Source: a virus. From it: 64,000 nucleotides of DNA. The notes under the pieces are model-generated. The model searched no databases, was not told the origin of the DNA, and saw nothing but the letters and a program-made list of their open reading frames with translations. Made by a program: the position numbers and the translations under genes. Positions 55,055 through 64,000 of the stretch are shown here, one piece after another. The stretch lies in the IMG/VR virus record IMGVR_UViG_3300007960_000014, positions 1 through 64,000 of that record, one strand, 5' to 3'. Numbering within the stretch: position 1 is the stretch's first letter; each line of letters opens with the position of its first letter.

Positions 55055-58000
55055 TTATGTTATATTAATATTTTTGAAATATCCTTTTTGTGCGTCAAAG
55101 TTTTTCTCAACTTCATTTGTATTTAGGGGTCTTGTGTAAAGCTTAAAACTTCCAACATATCCGTCCAACCCACTTCGAGGAATATTCCTATTTACGCCAG
55201 AGTACGTACACCCTCCAAGACCGGGAGTATGCTGTCCTGTAATTCCACCGCTGGAAACTTCAGCTACCTTGGTAAAATATGTATCATTTGTATTGCTTCC
55301 CAAGAATCCAAATGGAGTGGTATTAAACCCAACCTCCTCTTGGACTTCATACGAACGTGGGCATGTGTCGGTAAACCCTCCACCAATAATCCAAGGAGTT
55401 TGCATCGGTAACTCAGGAGCTATAACTGAACCCTCATGCAAACTTTCCGTGTAATTATCTGCTTTTGAGACGCTGGTTCTAACACCTAGGCTATTTTCAT
55501 ACCCGAAATTCTTTTCTACAAAGCTAGGTACATTTAAGGGCTGCGCGGCGTCTAAGTAGAATGCATCAGATATAGAAGACGATATAAGTTTCTTACCATC
55601 CAGGTAAAGAGAAATTTCGTTTCCTTTATAATTTACTGATACATGGGTGTGCATGAAGGTATCCTGCACACTGCTGATAGAGACTCCCGACAGCGCTCCT
55701 GCTTCTGTAAACACGTCAACAGGAACTTTAAACCCTAACTCTGTGTACGTAGAGTTTGGGTCATAAGGGTTACTAGGAATGCCTGCAATGGCTACGCTGT
55801 GCCCAAACTTTCCATCTGGTTTATTTTGGGATACGGTCGGGAGAACAACAAACTCAAGTTGATTGATGTTACTGTTCGTTGAAGCCATGCCATCAGTGGC
55901 ATTATTTTTCTTATCTCTCCAACCCATAATCAAACCGTGAACTTTAGACGGGTCTCTTTCCTTAGAGACTCTACCATCAGGCAAAATTGTGTTTGGGTTT
56001 TCAGTTACAGCACCAGCGCTTCCTAAGCCCAGAGCTTGACCTGAGTTTTCACAGCCAAAAATAACACGGTACCTATGCCAGCTTCTCAAAGAACTCCATA
56101 CCTCTGGGATGTGAGCCCAGAAATCCACTGAGAATCCTGCATCAGAGTATGTTAGTCCGTCAAGACTTTCCGTAAACGGAGTTAGCTCACCCTTACTAAT
56201 ATTATTTTTTAGCCTGACGTAACTTCCGTTCGGCACATTAGAGTACCAGGGTTCTGGAGAGAACTGTCCTTCTGCATCATACAAAACGCCTCGCAAATAA
56301 GGAATTGATAATCCTGAAGGGAATACGTCCGTGGCAGTTTTACCAACCAGTTTTCCGTTTAGGTGAGTGTATGATGAAGCTTTATTATCTAACTTATAAT
56401 CTAAGGAAGACGGAGCCTCGACATCACCTTTCAAGAAGTTGTAACATACAATCAGGGAATCCGTCTCGATACCGTCATCAAGAGATTTTATAAAAGGCTT
56501 AACACTAGAAACAGATGCGTAGTCTGCAGGGCTGGTTTCTATGTGGGGGAAATCTGTGTTGCCTTCTGGTGATACATTTAAATCTCTTAGGAATACCGTG
56601 TTTTGGTTTGCCGCTTTTATAAACTTAGGAGCAATAGGTAGAATAATCCCTGAAACATCCGCAGACTGTAGGAGAGCTTCTTGTTGGAATTGTAAATCAG
56701 GGACAAGACCGCTCCCTTTTAAATAACCAAAATCGTTCAAAGGGATTCTGTCTAATATTTTATGAACTGTAACTCCCCGTTCCTGGGTTTCGGTATTAAA
56801 GTATACTATGTTGTCTGGAGATATGGTATATCCCGGAGGGAAGTTTTCTATATCATACCTAGCACCAGACGAATCTAAGATATACCCTCCGCCTAAAGGA
56901 AAAGTTTTTTCCGTGATGGTGTAAGTTCCATACAAGCCAGCAACTTGAAGCTGCTTTCTTCTTTTTCTAATTTTATCGTCGTAGCTATATGCGATAGCCG
57001 CAATACTTCTATAGTAGTTTTGTACTATAGCCGATGACCTAGTGTACCCTGAAGCAACAAGTTCTGATATTTGACCGGAGACTTCATTAGTTTGAATTGC
57101 CTTGTCTGAGATAAACGACTGTAGGATGTCGTCATTCTTATACAAGAATTCAACAACGTCATTAGTCTCTGTGTATTCGTCACTGAATACGGTATTTGAG
57201 TAGTCTTTTAACCTATCTTCATGCAGCAAAACACCTTTACCACCTTTGTTCGGGTTGTACTTTAACTGCCAGTTGCTCGCTAGGATTTCTTGGGCAACTA
57301 CATTAGGCACTCCTCCTCCACGAGAATCGTAGTATAGACCATCGCGGGATAAAATAAACTTTCCTGAGGTGGAAATTGGAGGACCAAAGATAATATCGAA
57401 AGGATTTTCTTCTTCTTCCGTCTCCTCTTGTACAGCCTTGAACTGTGCTTGGTATGCTGCTATGCCTGCCGCGTTTTGTTCGTAAGGCTTTACAATATTG
57501 TTTAGTGCGAACTCTTTGTATCTTTCTATTCTTGCTAGGTCTCCTGGCTCTAAAGAATCAACATACTCCGAAAGGTCTGGGTTAGACCAATCAATCTTGG
57601 GCTCGGTAAGGGTTCCGTCAGCTCTGCCTTGCAGGGTTTCACTAACTTTTTGAGAATCAGCTAACAGCTTAATAATTAATGCCATTACAGCAGCGCGAAG
57701 AGCGGTAAGAATAGCTAACTTAATCGCTGCGATAAGAATCATCGCTAGGCTGCTGAACGGATTCGAAATCCCAAAAGCGTTTAATTCAAGTCCTAATGTT
57801 GGAATACTACCAATACAAGCTACGTCAATCGTATCGATTTGAAATGGGTTCCCTATAGATGTAAGATTTTCTAAAGAGGTAATGGCTTCACCCAATGCGT
57901 CGTCGGGTTCGTTTTGAATCGCCTCTAACTCTGCAATCTGAGCATCAAGACTAAGTAACTCCGCTTGAAGACCGCTTAGTTTTTCGCTGATAGCATTATT

Positions 58001-58117
58001 AATAAGGGTAAGAATCTGAGACGAAAGCAAGCTCAATACACAAGTGCTTATCTCTTGACCTATATCAAGAGCTGCAGTTTCAGCTGTTCCCTGAAAAATA
58101 TCTTCGTACGAAACCAT
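55055..58117 (-). CDS. Structural protein with an N-terminal helical/hydrophobic region and a C-terminal LamG/ConA-like domain
   Basis: FSVDFW, H..V, LYLDG, W.IGG, GYVGSFKLYTRPLN..EV..NF. Confidence 0.65.
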   Translation of the reverse strand: MVSYEDIFQGTAETAALDIGQEISTCVLSLLSSQILTLINNAISEKLSGLQAELLSLDAQIAELEAIQNEPDDALGEAITSLENLTSIGNPFQIDTIDVACIGSIPTLGLELNAFGISNPFSSLAMILIAAIKLAILTALRAAVMALIIKLLADSQKVSETLQGRADGTLTEPKIDWSNPDLSEYVDSLEPGDLARIERYKEFALNNIVKPYEQNAAGIAAYQAQFKAVQEETEEEENPFDIIFGPPISTSGKFILSRDGLYYDSRGGGVPNVVAQEILASNWQLKYNPNKGGKGVLLHEDRLKDYSNTVFSDEYTETNDVVEFLYKNDDILQSFISDKAIQTNEVSGQISELVASGYTRSSAIVQNYYRSIAAIAYSYDDKIRKRRKQLQVAGLYGTYTITEKTFPLGGGYILDSSGARYDIENFPPGYTISPDNIVYFNTETQERGVTVHKILDRIPLNDFGYLKGSGLVPDLQFQQEALLQSADVSGIILPIAPKFIKAANQNTVFLRDLNVSPEGNTDFPHIETSPADYASVSSVKPFIKSLDDGIETDSLIVCYNFLKGDVEAPSSLDYKLDNKASSYTHLNGKLVGKTATDVFPSGLSIPYLRGVLYDAEGQFSPEPWYSNVPNGSYVRLKNNISKGELTPFTESLDGLTYSDAGFSVDFWAHIPEVWSSLRSWHRYRVIFGCENSGQALGLGSAGAVTENPNTILPDGRVSKERDPSKVHGLIMGWRDKKNNATDGMASTNSNINQLEFVVLPTVSQNKPDGKFGHSVAIAGIPSNPYDPNSTYTELGFKVPVDVFTEAGALSGVSISSVQDTFMHTHVSVNYKGNEISLYLDGKKLISSSISDAFYLDAAQPLNVPSFVEKNFGYENSLGVRTSVSKADNYTESLHEGSVIAPELPMQTPWIIGGGFTDTCPRSYEVQEEVGFNTTPFGFLGSNTNDTYFTKVAEVSSGGITGQHTPGLGGCTYSGVNRNIPRSGLDGYVGSFKLYTRPLNTNEVEKNFDAQKGYFKNINIT

Positions 58118-58120
58118 AAG

Positions 58121-58128
58121 TTATTTAG
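58121..58128 (-). promoter_or_regulatory. Putative late promoter CTAAATAA
   Basis: 3 nt before ATG 58117. Confidence 0.4.
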
Positions 58129-58130
58129 AG

Positions 58131-59561
58131 CTATCCTAAGACTAATATGGGTTTCCCATCAACGCTAATTGTTGGGCATGTATGAATGTCTACACCAAGA
58201 ATACTTCTTAGTCCTAAAGATACCGTTGGGTGACCTACAAAATTAACAACGGTTCCTGAATCAACAGTAACAACACCAGTAAATGTGCTTGCTCCAGTAA
58301 AAGATTGCAACCCATTAAACTCAGTATCTCCATTAAAAGTAGTTTGCCCTGTTATAGCCGCAGTAGAAGCCATGCTAACTGCTCCTCCTATATTAACGAT
58401 GCCTTCTAAATTTATTACCGGAGAAGTTACGGAATATTCTGTAGTTGCGGAATGGCTTTGAGTAAGGAAAGTTGAGGTAAACTCGCCTAACAAGGATTGT
58501 ATTTGAACTCCTAAGGGAGTAAATGTTTGAAACGTTAACGCTCCTTCCGTCAAAGGCTTGGAGTTTATTGGATTGACCAAAACGCCGCAACCTAAAAATA
58601 AGGACGGGTCGGTAGGAACTAGTTGTGCGCTACCCGGAGTTGAGACAACTTCCGCTGTATCCGCTACGATTCCTGCGCCCACTGGAGCTGTGGGGTTTGT
58701 TGTCGCAAGAAAATCAAAACCCGCCTGCCCAAAGGTGCTAACTGTGCCTCTACTTGATTCAATATTTATTGAGCCCGCCTGAGTTCTATTGTTTACGTTT
58801 ACGGTACCGCCGCTGTTTTTTATATTTTTTATTCCAATATCAATCAAACCTCCTTCCGTAGTAAGCTCCGCTTTATTCTTTGCGTGAACTTCGACTGAAT
58901 CGGTAAACTCGTCAATCTGAACTCGATTGTTGTTTCTATCCGAAAGAAGGATTCTGCTTTTGCTGGGCTCTACCTTATCTTTCTCCCCGGTTATTTTGTT
59001 TGGGAGTTTTCTTGGATTAGGACCTGAAGGAAATCCAGGAGGGTTTTCCTCCATTAAAAGTTTTTTACCAGAAGCTGTTTTTAATTCTACGTAATCACCT
59101 CCAGCCTCTGAGCCTTTTGAACTCATTCTCAGCCTTGCTCCTTTCTTATCTCTTAATTGGACTACTGCGGGGACACCATGTTCTTTGGTGTATGCGTCAG
59201 GGGGAACTTGTCCAAAAACATTAAGCGCTCTACCTTGAGTATTTGCATCTTGCCCTTCAATAACTTCAGGGTATTTTGCTACGTCTGTAGTGGAGTGAGG
59301 AGTCGTTTCTTTATCTAATCCCAGAATAGAGGGTTGTGCTACCTGATTTATCCAATAATACGACTTTTGGTTCTTTTTTATATAAGCACAAACAACCATT
59401 ACATACTCCCCTTTGCCCGGAATGGCGAACATGTTTGGCGGTCCTGCGTAGTAGACAGGCTCGTCGGGACTTATAAGAGGATTCTCTACAAAAATCTTCC
59501 CGTCAGGCGCATCTGATGTTACCTGTGTTACTTTTGCTACGAGAAGAGGAATGTTTTCCAT
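58131..59561 (-). CDS. Baseplate central spike (gp5/gpV-like; no lysozyme domain recognised)
   Basis: N-terminal OB-like IPGKGEYVMV; beta-strand stack (LKTASGKKLLM); 6-residue repeats TFNGDTEFNGLQSFTGASTFTG; between hub and gp25. Confidence 0.6.
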   Translation of the reverse strand: MENIPLLVAKVTQVTSDAPDGKIFVENPLISPDEPVYYAGPPNMFAIPGKGEYVMVVCAYIKKNQKSYYWINQVAQPSILGLDKETTPHSTTDVAKYPEVIEGQDANTQGRALNVFGQVPPDAYTKEHGVPAVVQLRDKKGARLRMSSKGSEAGGDYVELKTASGKKLLMEENPPGFPSGPNPRKLPNKITGEKDKVEPSKSRILLSDRNNNRVQIDEFTDSVEVHAKNKAELTTEGGLIDIGIKNIKNSGGTVNVNNRTQAGSINIESSRGTVSTFGQAGFDFLATTNPTAPVGAGIVADTAEVVSTPGSAQLVPTDPSLFLGCGVLVNPINSKPLTEGALTFQTFTPLGVQIQSLLGEFTSTFLTQSHSATTEYSVTSPVINLEGIVNIGGAVSMASTAAITGQTTFNGDTEFNGLQSFTGASTFTGVVTVDSGTVVNFVGHPTVSLGLRSILGVDIHTCPTISVDGKPILVLG

Positions 59562-62413
59562 TAGTTTATTTCAGCGAACGGCTGTCTTAGTAGTTCGAAC
59601 GTTGTAGTGTACATAGAACCCGCAGAGATATTGTGGGTATAGGAAGTTATAATATATATGCCCGAAGTCCAGTGCTTCGGTCCCTCAGGCAATCTAGGGT
59701 TTGATATTTGAAGTCTTATCTTTCTAATATCCCAATCTACAATCCAGTCGCTTACTTCCGGAATACCTAATGTTGTTACAGTGGCTGTAAAAGGAAATTC
59801 AGCATAATTTTTCTCCCACAAACCTTTTTTTCTTAAAAATTCTTGTAGGCTGTACACATTATCCATGTCCGAGAAAAAGGATTTATCGATAATGTATCGA
59901 GGTTGAGATTTAATTTTTATTGATTTCCCATTCACGGAATAAGTTGCTACGCTTCCATCTTTTTTCATAAACATGTCTCTGAATATCGTGCTGTTTACAA
60001 AAGAATATAAAGCATTTAGTCTATCCTCTGTGTCGTCAGAACTATGAAAAGCTCCAGATTGATTTATCTTTTGAAACTTTGTATAGTACTTGTTCATTTG
60101 AATTAGAAATTGAGTAAAGTCTATTTCCTGAGGATTCGCAGCAGCTTCCTCTAGAGCTTTTACAGTCTTAAAAGCTTCTGTATTAAGACCTAAAATTTCT
60201 TGTAAGTCTGAGCCTCCTTGGAACGTGCTTCTAATTGTTTGCCCAATCGATGTCGGTGTAGTTTGTTCGGTTGCAGTTGTAATTACATAAACAAACGTAC
60301 CAATCAAACTGGAAACGGAAAATCCTCCAGCTCCCCCTTGCCAAACTTCATCCAACTTGATAATGTCGCTTTGCATTTGCCCAGCGCCAGCTAAAGGAGC
60401 AAATATATCTTGATTGAATCTAAAATCAGTAACAATGGAATCGTTGTATCCTACTCTTAAATTTAACAAGCTAGTAATACTACCATCCTCAACATTTGAT
60501 ACATTTTGATTTGGTAAATCTTCACTCAAGGAAGGGAATGATTGCAGTGCAGCTAACTCTTGAATTTCACTAGTTCTATCGGCTGCGTCGTTAGTTAGAG
60601 CTCTTTTATGAGTGTTCCCATCCGCGACAACCAACAAAGCCTCCGTGTCGTCAGGCGTGTTTCCATTTTCGAACGTAGTGGTAACTCTCTCCCACCCATT
60701 AAAACTAGGGGGACCTGCGCTTTGCAAAGTAGATTTATAATAAGGTCTGACCTCAAATGCGTCATCAGACTCCTCCAGGATAGGAAGATAAAAATCATTA
60801 ATAGAACGTATGAGAGCATTTAGTATAGTCATCAAGGAAGTATACTCGTTCTTTGTTATTGATGCTCTAATAAAGGGTTTTGGTTTTGCGGCAGGAGGGG
60901 TTTTTTCTGGCTCTGGTTGTTTTGCGTGGGTTTTCGCATCATTATCCCCTTCATCTGTAAACACGCTTACCGCAGTAGCGTATGTTGTGGCTTCCCAAAG
61001 TGCCTGACTATTAGCTACAGCAACATAGAATCCTTGCGAGATTGTAGAACTACTTCTATTCTTATTTAAGGGAAAATATCCAGTTTCAGCGATACTGAAA
61101 ACTTGTGCGGGGGTCGCAGTTCCTCCATCTTTGGATTCTCCATGAAATCCATATCCGAAGGGTCTCCACGGTATGGCATTTGGGAAACCCCAGTCACTTG
61201 CATACGAGCCATCGATGCTGCCGCTAAGCTCAGGAGGTCGCTCCCATCTTTGACGGCTGTTGTCGATATTAAAAACTTCGTTACGCACAAAATCATGATT
61301 CGGGTCGTCTTCATTATTTAAAGCTAGAAGAGCCGTTCTTACAGTAAGTCCTGTATCAGTGGGCGGGATAAAACCCTCATTCCTTACAATCCGCAAGTTA
61401 TCGCCTAATCGTATGTCATTGAGTTTTGGAAGAGGTTTATCTGAATTTCTATTTACCCTCGCCTGAGGATTTTTAGGGGTGTCTTCGGACTCGCTGCGGT
61501 TTTGTTTTAGTTCGCTTGCTCCAAAACTAATCCCTAAGTACCTAAAAACCATATCATAAGCCTGTCTAGCTGCCCACCTCGGGGAGCCAGCCCCGTTTAT
61601 AATTAAATTTTTATAACCAACCCATTGAGTATCCTCTCCTATGCCGTACGAATCTAGTAGTTTCTGGGTTTCTGCATCTAGAGGTCTGGAATAATCCCCG
61701 TCATCTGGAATGACGGCGGAGTTTGACCCGAACCCATCGGACAAACGGTTGGTTAGTTCAGCCCACGCTTTATCAATAAAGGACAAATCAATATCGTGAT
61801 AAACTACTCCTCTTAGATTAGGAAATGCTCCTAATATTTGCCCAAGCAAATCTTTTACAACTTCAGAAGGAGCAACTAAACTCCCGTCATCTTTTAATAT
61901 GTCTGGATACTCAAAGGTTTGAGCTACTCCGTTATTTGCTTGGACGTTTGGATTTTTTGTAGTATCAAAACTTAACGTATCCATAAACGTTAACGAGATT
62001 ACCCTTTCAGCATCATCCGTAACACTGTAATTTACGTTAGTTAAAATACCCGTTACTAATTTGGACATACCTTGGTCTTCACTACCATAGCCCCATCTCA
62101 TATAAAACGTTATTGGTTCAAGTTCGTCTGTCGTTTGTCCGACCCCTAAACTACTAGTCTTAGCGCTGTTGGCAAATAAGTTTCTAAAGACTGGTGTAAC
62201 CGCTCTCTCAAACTCTTGGGTAGGGTTAATAACAGTAAGGTTTACTTGAAAACTGTTTGAAGCGGCACCAGGAAGACCAGCGGTATAATTAAATTCCGTG
62301 AGAGTATCGAATAAACCAAACTCATCTTTGTAGCCAGCAACATCAATCAATGCTTCTTTGTCCTTAGAAAGCATTACGATAGGCAGTCTATCCTTTCCTG
62401 TGAGAGCGACCAT
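59561..62413 (-). CDS. Putative baseplate hub protein (gp27-like)
   Basis: RWGY motif near the N-terminus; C-terminal ATVTTLGIP...SGIYIITSYTHNISAG.Y.TTFEL typical of hub proteins. Confidence 0.6.
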   Translation of the reverse strand: MVALTGKDRLPIVMLSKDKEALIDVAGYKDEFGLFDTLTEFNYTAGLPGAASNSFQVNLTVINPTQEFERAVTPVFRNLFANSAKTSSLGVGQTTDELEPITFYMRWGYGSEDQGMSKLVTGILTNVNYSVTDDAERVISLTFMDTLSFDTTKNPNVQANNGVAQTFEYPDILKDDGSLVAPSEVVKDLLGQILGAFPNLRGVVYHDIDLSFIDKAWAELTNRLSDGFGSNSAVIPDDGDYSRPLDAETQKLLDSYGIGEDTQWVGYKNLIINGAGSPRWAARQAYDMVFRYLGISFGASELKQNRSESEDTPKNPQARVNRNSDKPLPKLNDIRLGDNLRIVRNEGFIPPTDTGLTVRTALLALNNEDDPNHDFVRNEVFNIDNSRQRWERPPELSGSIDGSYASDWGFPNAIPWRPFGYGFHGESKDGGTATPAQVFSIAETGYFPLNKNRSSSTISQGFYVAVANSQALWEATTYATAVSVFTDEGDNDAKTHAKQPEPEKTPPAAKPKPFIRASITKNEYTSLMTILNALIRSINDFYLPILEESDDAFEVRPYYKSTLQSAGPPSFNGWERVTTTFENGNTPDDTEALLVVADGNTHKRALTNDAADRTSEIQELAALQSFPSLSEDLPNQNVSNVEDGSITSLLNLRVGYNDSIVTDFRFNQDIFAPLAGAGQMQSDIIKLDEVWQGGAGGFSVSSLIGTFVYVITTATEQTTPTSIGQTIRSTFQGGSDLQEILGLNTEAFKTVKALEEAAANPQEIDFTQFLIQMNKYYTKFQKINQSGAFHSSDDTEDRLNALYSFVNSTIFRDMFMKKDGSVATYSVNGKSIKIKSQPRYIIDKSFFSDMDNVYSLQEFLRKKGLWEKNYAEFPFTATVTTLGIPEVSDWIVDWDIRKIRLQISNPRLPEGPKHWTSGIYIITSYTHNISAGSMYTTTFELLRQPFAEIN

Positions 62414-62417
62414 TTAG

Positions 62418-62426
62418 TTATTATAG
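62418..62426 (-). promoter_or_regulatory. Putative promoter element CTATAATAA
   Basis: Overlaps the gp53 stop, just before the hub ATG. Confidence 0.3.
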
Positions 62427-62723
62427 TACTGGAATCTTGATTTCGTCTCCAGATTTTAAACCGCTCAAAGCATCTTCAATACCATTTGCCAAAAGAATAA
62501 CCCACCAATATCCCGGTGTTCCATAGGCTGCTTGAGATATTAGGTCGGGTCGGTTTTCAAACCTGGGCGATATCGTAGCCAGTCTAAAATCAGTGTTTCC
62601 TAGGTCGGAATAAAATATATCAAACTTAGGGGAGGAAGTAATATCTTTAATAATCTTTCCCCGGTGCGTTATCTTTGTAGGAGAGTACAAAGTAAATCGC
62701 GATGTGTTAGAATAAGATATCAT
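62421..62723 (-). CDS. gp53: Baseplate wedge protein, gp53/LysM-like
   Basis: RPDLISQAAYGTPGYWWVILLANGI...G..IKIP. Confidence 0.85.
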   Translation of the reverse strand: MISYSNTSRFTLYSPTKITHRGKIIKDITSSPKFDIFYSDLGNTDFRLATISPRFENRPDLISQAAYGTPGYWWVILLANGIEDALSGLKSGDEIKIPVL

Positions 62724-63772
62724 TATACGTTACCCCTGGGAATACCTCCCGAATCAAATATAGTGTTCCAACCGAATGGACCTTGTTGCCCTGAGTTTAC
62801 AATGCCACCTTCTTGGCGGAACTCCTCCAGAGCAAGTTTTACTCTTATCATTCTTGAGTAAAAAGTTGCGTTATCCATTCCCGCACGGAATGGGTCTATC
62901 TCAATCTTGTAAGATTTTACAATACATGGAATATAATCATATGCGGTACCGAATTTTAGGTACGCAATCGGAGGACCATACTTTACTTTTTCTGCTGCTC
63001 CTGCATCGACAGTAGAGATTATGGAGCTTCTTATAATATTCATAAAGTAATCTACCAACCCAGCAATCATAGAATGATAATCACTATCAAGCGCGTTAGC
63101 TCTAAAGAACCCTTTACCATCTAGCTCGTTCCTTTCTCCTAATCTAACAGGTTGGTTTACTGGCATTCTAGGTCCAGCTGTTTCATAACTAGTTGTATTC
63201 CCCGCTGCAAAGTCGGCATCGGTTATCGCAGTTCCAGCTTTATAACCTACAACTTTACCTCCTACGCTAACAAACCCAGTAGCTCCTGGATAAAGTTGCG
63301 TATTTCCTTTAGTTGCTTCGTCTCGCTTTAATATTTCTTTGTACCTCGTTACTGTGTCTGCAATCTCTTGTCGTTGTTGGTCAGTACAAACACGCTCATA
63401 ATAATTATTATAAAAAGCTCCGATATGAGGAAGAGTATACATAAGCTCAATATCAAACTTAGTAGCACCTGCGCCAGTAAAAAGACGAACAGGTTCATTT
63501 CTCATGAAGATGGATGTCTCTGCGTAAGAAGCTCCTCTAGATTCATTTATTCTTGGGTTTTCAAAGAATGGAAGCTTCCTAATTGTATTGGTGGTAGCCA
63601 TCCCCGGCACTGTTGGATATTTAAATTCAATAAACCCTCTCTCTTCGATGGCGTGGTCATAGCGAGGAGTTCCAGTCTTGTCTCCTGCATACTCGTCCCA
63701 GATAATGTCTTCAGGCGGAAAAGGGCTGAAGGCATCTAATAAAATATTGACTCCTAGTGGTATGTTTGCCAT
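62723..63772 (-). CDS. Putative tail tube initiator (gp48/gp54-like)
   Basis: I.ES..ASY.....RNEP, PP...L.FG, PCIVKSY.I, RVKL.LEE; upstream of gp53. Confidence 0.6.
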   Translation of the reverse strand: MANIPLGVNILLDAFSPFPPEDIIWDEYAGDKTGTPRYDHAIEERGFIEFKYPTVPGMATTNTIRKLPFFENPRINESRGASYAETSIFMRNEPVRLFTGAGATKFDIELMYTLPHIGAFYNNYYERVCTDQQRQEIADTVTRYKEILKRDEATKGNTQLYPGATGFVSVGGKVVGYKAGTAITDADFAAGNTTSYETAGPRMPVNQPVRLGERNELDGKGFFRANALDSDYHSMIAGLVDYFMNIIRSSIISTVDAGAAEKVKYGPPIAYLKFGTAYDYIPCIVKSYKIEIDPFRAGMDNATFYSRMIRVKLALEEFRQEGGIVNSGQQGPFGWNTIFDSGGIPRGNV

Positions 63773-63775
63773 TTA

Positions 63776-64000
63776 TTACTCTCCCAACCCGAGGGACTCT
63801 ACAAGGTATCTAGTTTGTTGACGATTTGCTTTTCTCAACTCTGCAGTAAGTCCCCTAATAGCTTCTTCAGAAGCATTGGCTTCCATTGCGTCCACCAGCC
63901 TCGATAGTAAATCTGCTTGTACGCCTAAAAGGTCCTCGTCTCGACCCCTGATATTTTGCCCAAGGACCCCCCGAGTATCTTCAATCGTTCGATTTGCCTC
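63776..64000 (-). CDS. 3' end of a helical protein entering from outside the window (possibly tape measure)
   Basis: Open frame EANRTIEDTRG...LVESLGLGE*; product guessed from gene position only. Confidence 0.45.
   Translation of the reverse strand, partial: EANRTIEDTRGVLGQNIRGRDEDLLGVQADLLSRLVDAMEANASEEAIRGLTAELRKANRQQTRYLVESLGLGE

Noticed and set aside
25152-63772. Tail genes as a bacterial contractile injection system or tailocin
   Set aside because: Capsid, scaffold, prohead protease, neck and replication genes are contiguous, so this is a phage
1-64000. CRISPR array, tRNA/rRNA genes, IS elements, integrase, homing endonucleases
   Set aside because: Coding density leaves no room and I saw no repeat-spacer pattern, RNA gene signature or transposase/HNH/GIY-YIG/LAGLIDADG motif
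1-64000. Stop-codon reassignment (alternative genetic code)
   Set aside because: Conserved genes are full length in the standard code; TAA, TAG and TGA all end genes; the polymerase break changes frame rather than reading through a stop

Overview
This window is 64 kb of a large tailed dsDNA phage genome: a myovirus with T4-superfamily head and tail genes, about 40% GC, standard genetic code. It is almost entirely coded on the minus strand, with many TAATG/ATGA gene overlaps. In transcription order (right to left) it has five blocks. (1) Baseplate and adsorption module: tube initiator, gp53, hub, spike, LamG protein, gp25, gp6 and four very large wedge/fibre proteins. (2) A small membrane-peptide plus lipoprotein pair. 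(3) Head, neck and tail genes: gp21, gp22, gp23, gp13, gp15, gp18, gp19. (4) Replication and nucleotide metabolism: HJ resolvase, gp55-like sigma, a family-A DNA polymerase split over two genes, gp47/gp46, GroES, class II RNR, dUTPase, gp41 helicase, UvsY, gp32. (5) A glycan-biosynthesis island of at least 14 genes, translationally coupled to gp32. The most unusual points are: a PolA split inside its proofreading domain with a small ORF inserted at the break; the complete sugar-nucleotide/glycosyltransferase/methyltransferase island; an unannotated 34-aa membrane ORF coupled to a lipoprotein with a second TM helix (possible lysis cassette); a 2118-aa protein built as the neighbouring 191-aa baseplate domain with three huge insertions; apparent absence of GATC and GGCC; and two ultra-short divergent, probably leaderless, promoter gaps. 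All calls come from motif recognition by eye; no database searches were run.
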